A stretch of DNA of 64,000 bases, from the NCBI GenBank assembly GCA_942492885.1, contig OW818651.1, positions 1,346,959-1,410,958 on the forward strand, in the 5' to 3' direction. This stretch comes from an uncultured Eubacteriales bacterium. Lineage in GTDB: Bacteria > Bacillota > Clostridia > Christensenellales > CAG-138. This document shows, one piece after another, positions 19,564 through 28,538 of the stretch. Under the pieces are notes generated by a model. That model saw only the letters and a program-made list of their open reading frames with translations. It did not search any database and had not been told where the DNA came from. The position numbers and the translations under genes are program-made. Positions within the stretch are counted from its first letter, which is position 1. The number at the start of each line of letters is the position of its first letter.

Positions 19564-20426
19564 CTGCGCGCCCCCTGTCCCGCCGTCTCTGTGTGCCCCG
19601 CGTTGTGGAGCGCCAGCAGCGTGGCGAGTGTTTCGCGCAGGTCTCTGCGCTCGACGATACGGTCGATAAACCCGTGCTCATAGAGATATTCCGCCGTTTG
19701 AAATCCTTCCGGCAGCTTGTCCCGCATGGTCTGCTCAATCACGCGCGGCCCCGCAAAGCCGATCAGTGCGCCGGGCTCCGCCAGCGTGATGTCGCCCTGC
19801 ATAGCAAAGCTTGCCGTGACGCCCCCCGTGGTCGGGTGCGTAAGAACGTTGAGGTGCAGGAGCCCCGCCGCGCTGTGCCGCGCGAGCGCGATGGTCGTGC
19901 GCGACATCTGCATCAGCGAGAGCACGCCTTCCTGCATCCGTGCGCCGCCGGAGGCGCAGAAGATCACGAGCGGCAGACGGTTACAGAGCGCAAACTCCGT
20001 GAGGATGACGATCTTCTCGCCCACCACGGTGCCCATGCTACCCATCATAAAATAGCTGTCCATGACCGCAAGCGCGGTACGCTGACCCTTGATGGTCGCC
20101 TTGCCGATGACCACGCCTTCCTGCATCTTGCTCTTGACGCGCTCTTTCTCCAGCTTGGTGCGATAGCCCGGAAACGAAAGCGGGTCGCCCGTCTCGGTTT
20201 CGCGCTCGATTTCGATAAAGCTGCCGCTGTCCACAATCGCCTCAATGCGACGATAGGCAGGCTGGCGAAAGAGATTGCCGCAATAGGGACAGGCGGCGTC
20301 GCCCGCGAGCACCACTTCCGCGATGAGGTCGCGTCCGCAGCGCGTGCAGCGGAGAATCTCCAGTGCGCCCGTTTCTTCTCCCGTTTGCGGCGAGCTATGT
20401 TCGATCTTCTCTGAAAAAAGATTCAT
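19560..20426 (-). CDS. accD: Acetyl-CoA carboxylase carboxyltransferase beta subunit
   Basis: 288 aa. N-terminal Cys4 zinc ribbon 'CTRCGRD...CPYCG'. 'SGGARMQEG' motif. Confidence 0.9.
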   Translation of the reverse strand: MNLFSEKIEHSSPQTGEETGALEILRCTRCGRDLIAEVVLAGDAACPYCGNLFRQPAYRRIEAIVDSGSFIEIERETETGDPLSFPGYRTKLEKERVKSKMQEGVVIGKATIKGQRTALAVMDSYFMMGSMGTVVGEKIVILTEFALCNRLPLVIFCASGGARMQEGVLSLMQMSRTTIALARHSAAGLLHLNVLTHPTTGGVTASFAMQGDITLAEPGALIGFAGPRVIEQTMRDKLPEGFQTAEYLYEHGFIDRIVERRDLRETLATLLALHNAGHTETAGQGARR

Positions 20427-21784
20427 GTACGCCCCCTGAGAAAACGCGGTAAAAACGTTTGTTCAATCCATTTGGTGTGCGTGTTTCCGCTGCGGAAGTC
20501 CGCGTCGCTCAGCATCGCTCTTGCCAAATCCGCGTTGTGGTCAATGCCGTCGATGGAAAGCTCCCCCAGCGCGGCTAAACTCAGGCGAATCGCCTCGTCA
20601 CGGTCGTCCGCAAAGGCGATGAGCTTGAGCACCATCGAATCATAATAGGGTGAAATCTCGTCCCCCGTGCTGTATCCGCTGTCGATGCGGATGCCGTTGC
20701 CGCCGGGCAACTGCATGCGCTTGATCACGCCGGGCGACGGGCGGAAGTGCTCCGCCGGACACTCCGCGTTGATGCGGCATTCGATCGCGTGTCCGCGCGG
20801 GATCAGGCTTTCCTGCGTAATGTGGATGTGGTGACCCAGCGCCACCTGTATCTGCGCCTTGATGAGATCGAGCCCGAATATGCTCTCCGTGACCGGATGC
20901 TCGACCTGAATGCGCGCGTTCATCTCCATAAAGAAGAAGCGCCCGTCGCGGGTGAGCAAAAACTCCACCGTGCCCGCGTTTTGATAGCCCACCGTGCGGG
21001 CAATGTCCACCGCAGTTTGCTCAATCTTGGTGCGAATCGCGTCGGATATATTCGCCGCCGGTGCTTCTTCAATTAACTTCTGGTTTTTGCGTTGGAGGGT
21101 GCATTCGCGTGTGCCGAGTTGCAGCACGTTGCCGTGCATGTCCGCCAATATCTGCACCTCGATGTGCCGCGCCTCCGGCAGATAAGCCTCGAGATATACG
21201 CTTCCGTCGCCAAAGGCGAGCTCGGCCTCCCGGCGCACCAGCGGGAATTCCCGCTCCAATGTGCAGGCATCCTCCACGATGCGGATTCCCTTGCCGCCGC
21301 CGCCCTTTGCAGCCTTGATCATCAGCGGATAGCCGATGCTCTTTGCCGCCAGAATCGCTTCCTTGAGCGTCTCCACCGTGCCTTCCGAGCCGGGCACGAC
21401 GGGAAATCCGTTTGCGATCATGGTCTTGCGCGCGGCTTCCTTGTCGCCAAGCACGCGCATGCTATCCGGTGATGGGCCGATGAAGCGGATGCCCGCCTCT
21501 TCGCAAGCCTCGGCAAACGCGTCGTTTTCCGAAAGAAAGCCCACGCCGGGGTGCAGCAAATCCGCGCGGTAGGCTTTTGCTGCCGCGAGGATTGCGTCGA
21601 TATTGAGATAGCTCTTGTCAGCAGGGCGCGGGCCGATGCAGACGCTCTCGTCCGCAAGGCGAACATGCAGCCCCTTCTCGTCGTTTTCCGAATAGACTGC
21701 AATCGTCTTTAACCCCAGCTTTTTACAGCTGCGGATGATGCGCACGGCGATCTCCCCGCGATTGGCCACGAGTACCGTCTGCAT
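20423..21784 (-). CDS. accC: Biotin carboxylase
   Basis: ATP-grasp with 'VLVANRGEIAVRIIRS' and 'MEMNARIQVEHPVTE'. Start taken at ATG 21784 (TAATATG junction with the accB stop). ATG 21802 is the alternative. Confidence 0.92.
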   Translation of the reverse strand: MQTVLVANRGEIAVRIIRSCKKLGLKTIAVYSENDEKGLHVRLADESVCIGPRPADKSYLNIDAILAAAKAYRADLLHPGVGFLSENDAFAEACEEAGIRFIGPSPDSMRVLGDKEAARKTMIANGFPVVPGSEGTVETLKEAILAAKSIGYPLMIKAAKGGGGKGIRIVEDACTLEREFPLVRREAELAFGDGSVYLEAYLPEARHIEVQILADMHGNVLQLGTRECTLQRKNQKLIEEAPAANISDAIRTKIEQTAVDIARTVGYQNAGTVEFLLTRDGRFFFMEMNARIQVEHPVTESIFGLDLIKAQIQVALGHHIHITQESLIPRGHAIECRINAECPAEHFRPSPGVIKRMQLPGGNGIRIDSGYSTGDEISPYYDSMVLKLIAFADDRDEAIRLSLAALGELSIDGIDHNADLARAMLSDADFRSGNTHTKWIEQTFLPRFLRGRT

Positions 21785-21785
21785 A

Positions 21786-22205
21786 TTAATTTCCTTCGAC
21801 AAACAGGAACAGCGTGTCTCCCGCGGAGAGTGTCGCCCCGTCTGTTGCGAGAATGCTTGCGATGATGCCGCCCCTTGGCGCGCGGATCTCGTTCATGGTC
21901 TTCATCGCCTCGATGATGCAGAGCGTGTCGCCCTTATTCACCCGCGAGCCGACCTGAACAAACGGCGCTGCCCCCGGCTCTTTGGCCAGATAAAACACGC
22001 CGGAGATGGGAGAGCGCACCGCGTCCCTTTCCTCGGGTTGCAGCGCGATTTCCTGCTCGACCTGCTCCGCGTGTGTGAGCGCCGCCACGGGCGTTGTCGC
22101 GCCGCGTTCGAGTAAAATCCGCAGGTCGCCCTGCTGTATTTCCACCTTGGTGAACGCAGACTTCTCCGCGCGCTCCATCAGCCGGAATATTGCTTCCAGA
22201 TCCAT
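21786..22205 (-). CDS. accB: Biotin carboxyl carrier protein
   Basis: Trimmed to ATG 22205 (MDLEAIFRLMERAEKS). Biotinyl-lysine motif 'CIIEAMKTMNEI'. Confidence 0.88.
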   Translation of the reverse strand: MDLEAIFRLMERAEKSAFTKVEIQQGDLRILLERGATTPVAALTHAEQVEQEIALQPEERDAVRSPISGVFYLAKEPGAAPFVQVGSRVNKGDTLCIIEAMKTMNEIRAPRGGIIASILATDGATLSAGDTLFLFVEGN

Positions 22206-22549
22206 GTATGGATTCCTTTCGACGGATAAAATATGTATGAGTCCAGCGTAGTTTTGGGAAAAACCGGCGTGCGGTGGGTATAAAAAAATGATCCCGCACA
22301 TAGTTAGGACTACTAACCAACTTGCGCAGAATCATAACATGGTGTTTTTTTCTTGTCAAGCACGAGAGGGTGTACCGCGGTTCAATTGTGAAATGACGTG
22401 TGTAAAAATACTGGTTTGTTTTTTACGGAAGAGGTTGCGCAACAAACGGCGGTGTTCTGTTGAAAAACGCATGATTTCGCCGGATTATCGCCTAAAAACC
22501 GAGAAAACTGGAGCCCCTGTCTCCGGTTATTCTCCGCCGATATGCATTC

Positions 22550-22999
22550 TCACACACGCAAGTGGTTGAAAAAGTTCACAAGCGCCTGCATGGATTGCAG
22601 CACCTCCGGGTATTGAGCCACCTGAAAATCCCGAATGACGGCCTGAATGAGCATATCGTGAAACTGCGTGTGTTTTTTGCACATCGCCTCTCCCGCATCC
22701 GTAAGCATTAAGATGCTCTTTCGCTTGTCGTCCTCCGCGCGGGTTTTCACAAGAAACCCCTTCTCGACCAGGCGACTGACCGAGACGCTGACCGTCGCCT
22801 TCGTGATGCCGAGCACATCTGCTATCTGCGTGAGTGTTGCGTCCGGAATATCCTGCACGATCTCCAGCGCGTGCATCTCCGTGCGGCTTAGGTTTCCGTT
22901 GGCGAGCTTGCTGACGCTCTTTTCCTGCAGGCGAAGCACGCTGTAAAACATGTCTTTGAGCGCCTGATTGAGCAGCAGCTCGATTTCCTGATCGGTCAT
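22550..22999 (-). CDS. MarR family transcriptional regulator (possible FabT-like regulator of the acc/fab operon)
   Basis: 149 aa. Winged HTH 'LTQIADVLGITKATVSVSVSRLVEKGFL'. Lies immediately upstream of accB on the same strand. Confidence 0.85.
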   Translation of the reverse strand: MTDQEIELLLNQALKDMFYSVLRLQEKSVSKLANGNLSRTEMHALEIVQDIPDATLTQIADVLGITKATVSVSVSRLVEKGFLVKTRAEDDKRKSILMLTDAGEAMCKKHTQFHDMLIQAVIRDFQVAQYPEVLQSMQALVNFFNHLRV

Positions 23000-23144
23000 G
23001 ATTTCTCTCCTTATCGGCAGGGCAGCCGAAACTCATTCGTACTACGAACTATTTCATGATACCACAAGCGGGAAAAAATGCAAATCGCTTCCCGTTTCCA
23101 GCGCACGCGAGATCAAAACCGAATAACGTGCAGCTCAAATCAAA

Positions 23145-23173
23145 TTGCAAACGCAAACGGCCGGGGGTATAAT
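23145..23173 (+). promoter_or_regulatory. Sigma70-type promoter for the LysM gene
   Basis: TTGCAA (23145-23150), 17-nt spacer, TATAAT (23168-23173). Confidence 0.5.
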
Positions 23174-23256
23174 GAATCCAGTCGAAAGCCGTATACAACG
23201 CGATCGATCTGTAACATTGTAGCGGCTCAAACCAAATATTATCGGAGGTGCTGGTT

Positions 23257-23586
23257 ATGGTACACAAGGTCGTAAAGGGCGATACTCTTCTGAAAATTGC
23301 GGCGAAGTATAAGACGACACCGCAGGAGATCGTGAAACTCAACCCCGTCATCAAAGATCCGGGCCATATCGAGATCGGCTGGGATCTGAAGATTCCCGCG
23401 TCGAAGCCAACACCACCGTCCAAAGTGGTCGAATACAAGGTGCTTGCGGGCGATAATCTCACGAGGATTGCCAAGATGTATAACACCACGATCGAGGAGA
23501 TCGTTTCGATGAATCCCTCCATCACAAATCCGAATCTGGTCCGCACCGGAACCGTCATCAAGGTTGCGGATCGCAGGAAGAAATAA
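23257..23586 (+). CDS. LysM domain protein (two LysM repeats, no signal peptide)
   Basis: Two LysM repeats: 'VKGDTLLKIAAKYKTTPQEIVKLNP' and 'VLAGDNLTRIAKMYNTTIEEIVSMNP'. ATG 23257 lies 8 nt after GGAGG. The listed GTG 23248 overlaps the RBS. Confidence 0.85.
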   Translation: MVHKVVKGDTLLKIAAKYKTTPQEIVKLNPVIKDPGHIEIGWDLKIPASKPTPPSKVVEYKVLAGDNLTRIAKMYNTTIEEIVSMNPSITNPNLVRTGTVIKVADRRKK

Positions 23587-23614
23587 AATCTCGCGCATTT
23601 GAAAGGATTGACCA

Positions 23615-24427
23615 ATGGAGCAGGATATTGCGATCGTCCGAAACCATTATAACGCCAATGCGCAGCAGGAATGGGACAGGCTCGCCGAACATCCGTTTGA
23701 ATTCACCCTGACCACCTATATGATGGAACGGCTGATTCAGCCGGGAGAAAGCATTCTTGATATCGGCGGTGGGCCGGGGCGATACGCGATTCATTTTGCG
23801 CAGCGCGGAAACAGCTTGACGCTCGTCGACCTCTCCGAGGGAAACGTGCGGCTGGCAAACGAGAAAGCCTCGGATGCCGGGGTTGTGATCGATACACACG
23901 TCGCCAACTGCCTCGATTTAGAGCCTGCACATCTGGGTCAGTATGATCATGTGTTTCTCATGGGGCCGATGTATCATCTGCTCGACCCGGCGGATCAGAA
24001 AGCCGCTGTGGAGATCGCGCTTTCGCACCTCAAGCCGGGTGGAAAGTTATACGTGTCCTTCATCATGGTCTTCGCCGGAATCCTCTTCACCCTGAAGAAC
24101 AGCAAAACCATCGTTCCGGTAACGACCGCACCGGACTCAAGCGTCCTTATCGACGATGTCATCACCGGAGACGACTATTGCGGCCCTGCGTTTACGCAAG
24201 CATGCTTTATGCATCAAAGCAACATTTTGCCGTTTATGGAACAGTTTCCGCTCAAGAAGCTGCATTTCTTCGGCCAGGAGGGTATTCTCGCGCCCAACGA
24301 GCAGGAGCTTTTGCAGCGGGAACCGGAGGAGATCGCCTGTTGGATTGAGATTGCGAAGAAGTTTATCGAGGTGCCGGAGCTGCTTTCCTATTCGGAGCAC
24401 GCAATGTATATCGGCAAAAAAATCTAG
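23615..24427 (+). CDS. Class I SAM-dependent methyltransferase
   Basis: 270 aa. Motif I 'ILDIGGGPGRYAIHF'. RBS GAAAGGA 7 nt upstream. Confidence 0.85.
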   Translation: MEQDIAIVRNHYNANAQQEWDRLAEHPFEFTLTTYMMERLIQPGESILDIGGGPGRYAIHFAQRGNSLTLVDLSEGNVRLANEKASDAGVVIDTHVANCLDLEPAHLGQYDHVFLMGPMYHLLDPADQKAAVEIALSHLKPGGKLYVSFIMVFAGILFTLKNSKTIVPVTTAPDSSVLIDDVITGDDYCGPAFTQACFMHQSNILPFMEQFPLKKLHFFGQEGILAPNEQELLQREPEEIACWIEIAKKFIEVPELLSYSEHAMYIGKKI

Positions 24428-24454
24428 CGCGCGTCAACGACTCGTTCATTTAAC

Positions 24455-24484
24455 AAAGCCCGCCTTACGGCGGGCTTTGTTTGC
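24455..24484. terminator. Bidirectional Rho-independent terminator
   Basis: aaagcccgcc-ttac-ggcgggcttt followed by gtttgc. Lies between convergent genes. Confidence 0.65.
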
Positions 24485-24486
24485 AT

Positions 24487-25650
24487 TCATTTTGTGCCGG
24501 ACGAGTGCTTTTTCGCGTTCTTGACCTCATACATGTGCGCATCCGCGCGGGCGAGAAGCGACTCGTAGCCAGAATCATTTTCGGGATTCCACTCGGCATA
24601 GCCGATACTAAGCCCGATGGGTTTCATGTCCGCATGCGCGGCGTTCCAGGCGGCGACACTTGTCTCAATCCGTGCGATGAACTGCTCCGCGTCCATCCCC
24701 GTGCCGGGGGGCAGCACAATGCAGAATTCATCCCCGCCATAGCGCGCCAGAACCGCATACGTATTCTTGCAGCTGGCTTTGAGAATCTCTGAAACGTTGA
24801 TGAGCACGCCGTCCCCGTAAAAATGCCCGTAGGTGTCGTTGATCTGCTTGAAACCGTCCACGTCCATCATAATCAGCGTCAGCACGCCGCTCTTGTTCTG
24901 TTCCCGCTCGTTGGTTTCACGGAGCAAAAACTTTGTCAGCTCTCTGCGGTTGTTCAGGCTCGTGAGCGGATCGGTCGAGATCTGGCGGTTTTGTGAATCA
25001 AGATAGACCAGCAGGATCGAAACCGAAGCGAGAATCCAGTTGAGGCTCACGCCGTAGTAAAACAGCTGGATAAACCCGCCGAGTGACGGAAGCACCGCAA
25101 AAAACGCCATCGTATAATAGCGGCGGCGGTCATCCACCCAGGCCGCACCTCTTGCTTTGATCAGCGAGCGGATGCTGGCATAGATGAGATATGCATACGA
25201 TAAAAATGAGTAATAGTAGAATCCGAACGCGCGGTGATAGACGTTTTGTGCGTCGATGGCAAAGACGAAATCGTATTTCAGATTAAAGAGCAACGCGAGA
25301 ATGAACGCAACCAGCGGTACTGTCGCAGCGGCGATGCGCCGACGCGCCGCCCGCAAGTCTGTGCTCAGCGTGCTTTCTACATACAGCGCCCAAAGATAAG
25401 GCAGTAGCACTTGCAGCGCATAGTAGACCGTCTCGAGCGCATAGTTTAACTCACGCGCGAGTAGGAAGCGCGTTCCGTCAACCAGCCAGCAGAGCGCGTC
25501 TACCACGAGCATCAGCATCATCGCATAGATCAGCAGGTTAAACCTGCGCTGCGCGGCGGAGGCTGTGGTCAATTGACGCTGGGAAAGCAATACGACGGAG
25601 AGTAGAATGATTCCCACAGCACTGATTTCAACATAGAGCGTGTTCTGCAT
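24487..25650 (-). CDS. Membrane-anchored diguanylate cyclase (GGDEF)
   Basis: 387 aa. About 6-7 N-terminal TM segments, then a GGDEF domain with an intact 'RYGGDEFCIVL'. Confidence 0.9.
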   Translation of the reverse strand: MQNTLYVEISAVGIILLSVVLLSQRQLTTASAAQRRFNLLIYAMMLMLVVDALCWLVDGTRFLLARELNYALETVYYALQVLLPYLWALYVESTLSTDLRAARRRIAAATVPLVAFILALLFNLKYDFVFAIDAQNVYHRAFGFYYYSFLSYAYLIYASIRSLIKARGAAWVDDRRRYYTMAFFAVLPSLGGFIQLFYYGVSLNWILASVSILLVYLDSQNRQISTDPLTSLNNRRELTKFLLRETNEREQNKSGVLTLIMMDVDGFKQINDTYGHFYGDGVLINVSEILKASCKNTYAVLARYGGDEFCIVLPPGTGMDAEQFIARIETSVAAWNAAHADMKPIGLSIGYAEWNPENDSGYESLLARADAHMYEVKNAKKHSSGTK

Positions 25651-25847
25651 GATATCCCCCTTTATGGGCGATCTCTCAAAGTTCCCGGTCTCTGTCCCGT
25701 CACACCGCGGGCGATTACCCGCCCGTATTTCATCTAGTGCACTACGACATATAGTATATCATACTTCATGTCCAATTTCAGCAAAGCTTGCGCGTCAACG
25801 AATCTACGTCCTTGATTTTCACGCGTCTCAAAACTTGCTTATCGCCA

Positions 25848-27329
25848 TTACTTCTCCCAAAGCCACCCGAAGAGCACATACCGCGTGATCCATTGCGCGG
25901 TAGTGAAGTAGACCTCTATCTCGCAGGCAGCGGAAGAGAACCCGTCACCTGTTTTGCAGTAGATCGCGGCGGTTCCTTTGCCGAGCGCGGTGACGAGCCC
26001 GTTTGCGTCCACCTGCGCAACGGCTTCGTTTAAACTCATCCAGCGCACGTTGCTGTCCGTGGTGTCCTGCGGCAAAATCGTGGTGGTCAGCTGCATCGAG
26101 GCTCGGTTCGGCAGGCGGATGCTGCTTTCGCTCAGTGTGCAGGATGTGCTGGCGATCAGCGGAGGAATCGCTTCCTCAGCCAGCCACTCGCCGCACTCCG
26201 CGCAGCTCTGCCGCTGCATGCCCTCGTGCTCATACGTCGCGGGGGTAATGACCTGCCAGTCGCCGGGCGTGTGCGCGGGAGAAGTGTAATCGTCCGTATA
26301 GGAATAGCCCGTGTCAGGGTTGGTATAGGTTGTGTAGCCGAGTTGTTCGCAGCGCGGCGCGGTCACGATGGCGTTATAAACGGGATTTTCGGTAGGGTCC
26401 GGCAGCAGCATACGCGAAAAATCCGTGCTCTCATGGCTCTTAAAGCGCACGGTCTCGTTGCCGGACACGGTCAGGTTGCTGTTTTGCCGCTCTCCAACAT
26501 AGGCGCTGCAATAGGCGCGCCTGTCCTCCACGTCCTCAAAAAACGAGATCACCGCGTCCACCGAGCAACCGCGCACAAAGCCGAAATGGCGCCTGCTCGC
26601 GGGGGTTACGTCGCTCAGGCCCACGATGCCGCCGTTGTGCACATAGCCGCGCACGGAGGTGTAGCCCGTGAGCACGACCGTGCAGTTCTCCACGTCCGCA
26701 TAGCCGTTTGCCAGCACACCGCCGAGGTATTCCTCGCAGTAGGATTCCGGATTGACCGTGATCATCGTGATTTCCGCGTTGACCGTGCAGCCCGTAATGA
26801 GGCCGCGCCCGAAGCCGGCGATGCCCGCCGCGCCGCATTGTGGAGCCGAGGAGTTGATCTTCAGCCTGCCGGAGACAGAGCAGTTCGAGATTGTCCCTTT
26901 GGCGAGATACCCCGCGATGCCCGCAAGGAAAGCGGGCTGATCGGTCGTAAGATCCGCCTTGACGTTGAGGAGATTGAGGTTTTGCACCGTGCCGCTGAGG
27001 GAGGAAAACAGCGCGGCAAACACGGTGTGATAGCCGCGGTGCCGCCCGTCGTAGGTGATCTGCGTTTCCTCGCTCATCTGCGAGAGGGTGAGGTTATAGA
27101 GCGTGTGCCCCGCGCCGTCGAGAGAGCCGGAGAAGGCAAACGGCAACCACTCGGTTCCGCTCATGTCGATATCCGCGCCCAGCACATAGCTGCCCTCCGG
27201 CTGCTCAGCCATTGCCAACAGCCCCGCTGCATCGGTGATCACGACAGGGTCAGCCCCCTGAGCGAGCGCGGGCAAAGGCGTGAGGAGCAAGAGCAGGATG
27301 AGGCAAGCGGTTAGCAGGCGGTGTTTCAT
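25848..27329 (-). CDS. Secreted protein with GLUG-like repeats and a C-terminal Big_2 (Ig-like) domain
   Basis: Signal peptide 'MKHRLLTACLILLLLLTPLPALAQG'. Repeated 'GIAG...G.I..C.V' GLUG-like units. Big_2-like 'NVRWMSLNEAVAQVDANGLVTALGKGTAAIYC'. Confidence 0.75.
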   Translation of the reverse strand: MKHRLLTACLILLLLLTPLPALAQGADPVVITDAAGLLAMAEQPEGSYVLGADIDMSGTEWLPFAFSGSLDGAGHTLYNLTLSQMSEETQITYDGRHRGYHTVFAALFSSLSGTVQNLNLLNVKADLTTDQPAFLAGIAGYLAKGTISNCSVSGRLKINSSAPQCGAAGIAGFGRGLITGCTVNAEITMITVNPESYCEEYLGGVLANGYADVENCTVVLTGYTSVRGYVHNGGIVGLSDVTPASRRHFGFVRGCSVDAVISFFEDVEDRRAYCSAYVGERQNSNLTVSGNETVRFKSHESTDFSRMLLPDPTENPVYNAIVTAPRCEQLGYTTYTNPDTGYSYTDDYTSPAHTPGDWQVITPATYEHEGMQRQSCAECGEWLAEEAIPPLIASTSCTLSESSIRLPNRASMQLTTTILPQDTTDSNVRWMSLNEAVAQVDANGLVTALGKGTAAIYCKTGDGFSSAACEIEVYFTTAQWITRYVLFGWLWEK

Positions 27330-27381
27330 ATGTTATCGTATCCTTTACGGTTCTACTCTTTTTTGGTATCTTTTCTATTTC

Positions 27382-27410
27382 ATTTTATGCCCGCGCGGGA
27401 AATGCGTCAA
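27382..27410 (-). promoter_or_regulatory. Sigma70-type promoter for the GLUG/Big_2 gene
   Basis: Minus strand TTGACG (27410-27405), 17-nt spacer, TAAAAT (27387-27382). A 7-bp inverted repeat ggaaatg/catttcc (27397-27422) overlaps the -35. Confidence 0.5.
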
Positions 27411-27437
27411 TCGATTCATTTCCATGCGTAATTCAGT

Positions 27438-27478
27438 AAATAACAAAGAGCCGTTACACCCAATTGGAGTAACGGCTC
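27438..27478 (-). terminator. Rho-independent terminator after the zinc-ribbon miniprotein gene
   Basis: 10-bp stem gagccgttac/gtaacggctc. The minus-strand transcript continues with ctttgttattt. Confidence 0.6.
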
Positions 27479-27496
27479 AAGATAACAAATTGATAA

Positions 27497-27700
27497 TTAC
27501 GTTTCAACAATATACCCACATGTATTACATTGGTATGTTTCCTTTTTCTTCCCTAGCGCTCCACCAACAAGCCCTATCGGTCCGAGTAGTACTGCTCCTA
27601 ATACTGCTTTGCCCCCACTAAACCCGCCTTTTCTTTCACTCATCAGCTCCATAGTCCCAATACGTCCGCATTTTTTGCATCGTTCAGGTGCTCTCGCCAC
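27497..27700 (-). CDS. Small zinc-ribbon protein with a central Gly-rich hydrophobic segment
   Basis: 'CKKCG' and 'CNTCG' pairs flank 'GGKAVLGAVLLGPIGLVGGALG'. GTG 27700 lies 7 nt after GGAGG. The listed ATG 27715 has no usable RBS spacing. Confidence 0.55.
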   Translation of the reverse strand: MARAPERCKKCGRIGTMELMSERKGGFSGGKAVLGAVLLGPIGLVGGALGKKKETYQCNTCGYIVET

Positions 27701-27803
27701 GTTATTACCTCCCATATCCTTGTTGTATCCATATTACAACATAGAGTGGACGATGACAATAAAGAGGCGTATTAATTTAACAAGATTCTTAAATAACGCA
27801 TCT

Positions 27804-28532
27804 TCACGAATCTGCCTTTTTCCGATACGACAGCACATCCTTCGGGCAAACATCCACGCACTCACCGCAGAGGATGCAGTCGTAGCTCTTCACGCTGCCC
27901 GTCTTCACCGCGGCGTTGACGTCGATGCTCATCGGGCACTTGTTGTTGCATTTCTTGCAGTCGATGCAGCTCTCCGGTTTGGATTTGATCCGCATCTGCG
28001 GCAGGTGCAGCAGCCGACCCACCAACATACCCGCGTTGAGGAACGGGCTCATCCAGCAGATGCCGTGGCAGGCGCCGCGCCGACCAAGCGTGAGGTCGAG
28101 CACGAAGAACAGCCCCAGCACGAGATAGTACATGATGTACTTGATCGGCTCGTCAATGGATACATAGTTTTCCGTCAATCTCAGCGGGTCGATGCCCTTG
28201 ATGCCGCCCGCGAGCACAAAGCCCGTGACGAGCACGCCAAACCACACCGCAAAGATGACGTAGCGCACAATCCTGAGGCGCTTCGCGTTGGCGGGCTTCG
28301 GGTTCACGGTCTGCGCAACCTCCGCGACTCCACCCGCGGGACACAGCCAGCCGCACCACGCGCGGCCAAAGAACAGGCCGGAGAGGAACAGCAGCAGGAA
28401 CATGATCGCGCTGCCGGAGAGCACGCCCGCGAATGCGCCGTCGATGGAGACATAAGGCGAGAGGAAGTTCATCGTAATCGGGAATAAAAATAGAGAGACA
28501 TACAAGAGAATTCTGCGAACTTTTTGACGCAT
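27804..28532 (-). CDS. Membrane 4Fe-4S binding protein (NapH/MauN-like polyferredoxin)
   Basis: 242 aa. Several TM segments plus two ferredoxin motifs, 'CIDCKKCNNKCP' and 'CILCGECVDVCP'. Starts 6 nt after the padR stop. Confidence 0.8.
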   Translation of the reverse strand: MRQKVRRILLYVSLFLFPITMNFLSPYVSIDGAFAGVLSGSAIMFLLLFLSGLFFGRAWCGWLCPAGGVAEVAQTVNPKPANAKRLRIVRYVIFAVWFGVLVTGFVLAGGIKGIDPLRLTENYVSIDEPIKYIMYYLVLGLFFVLDLTLGRRGACHGICWMSPFLNAGMLVGRLLHLPQMRIKSKPESCIDCKKCNNKCPMSIDVNAAVKTGSVKSYDCILCGECVDVCPKDVLSYRKKADS

Positions 28533-28538
28533 GATGGT

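Noticed and set aside
22300-22320. FabT-like operator (AGTTAG-GACTA-CTAAC) about 95 nt upstream of accB.
   Set aside because: The arms are only 5 bp, with mismatches beyond them. This is too weak to separate from chance without comparative data.
23174-23256. Riboswitch (for example c-di-AMP ydaO-type) in the LysM gene leader.
   Set aside because: The leader after the predicted promoter is only about 75 nt, and none of the conserved ydaO or other riboswitch cores I know is visible.
23049-23615. 188-aa ORF on the minus strand across the LysM gene.
   Set aside because: It is antisense to an ORF with two textbook LysM repeats, a promoter and an RBS. It has no motifs of its own.
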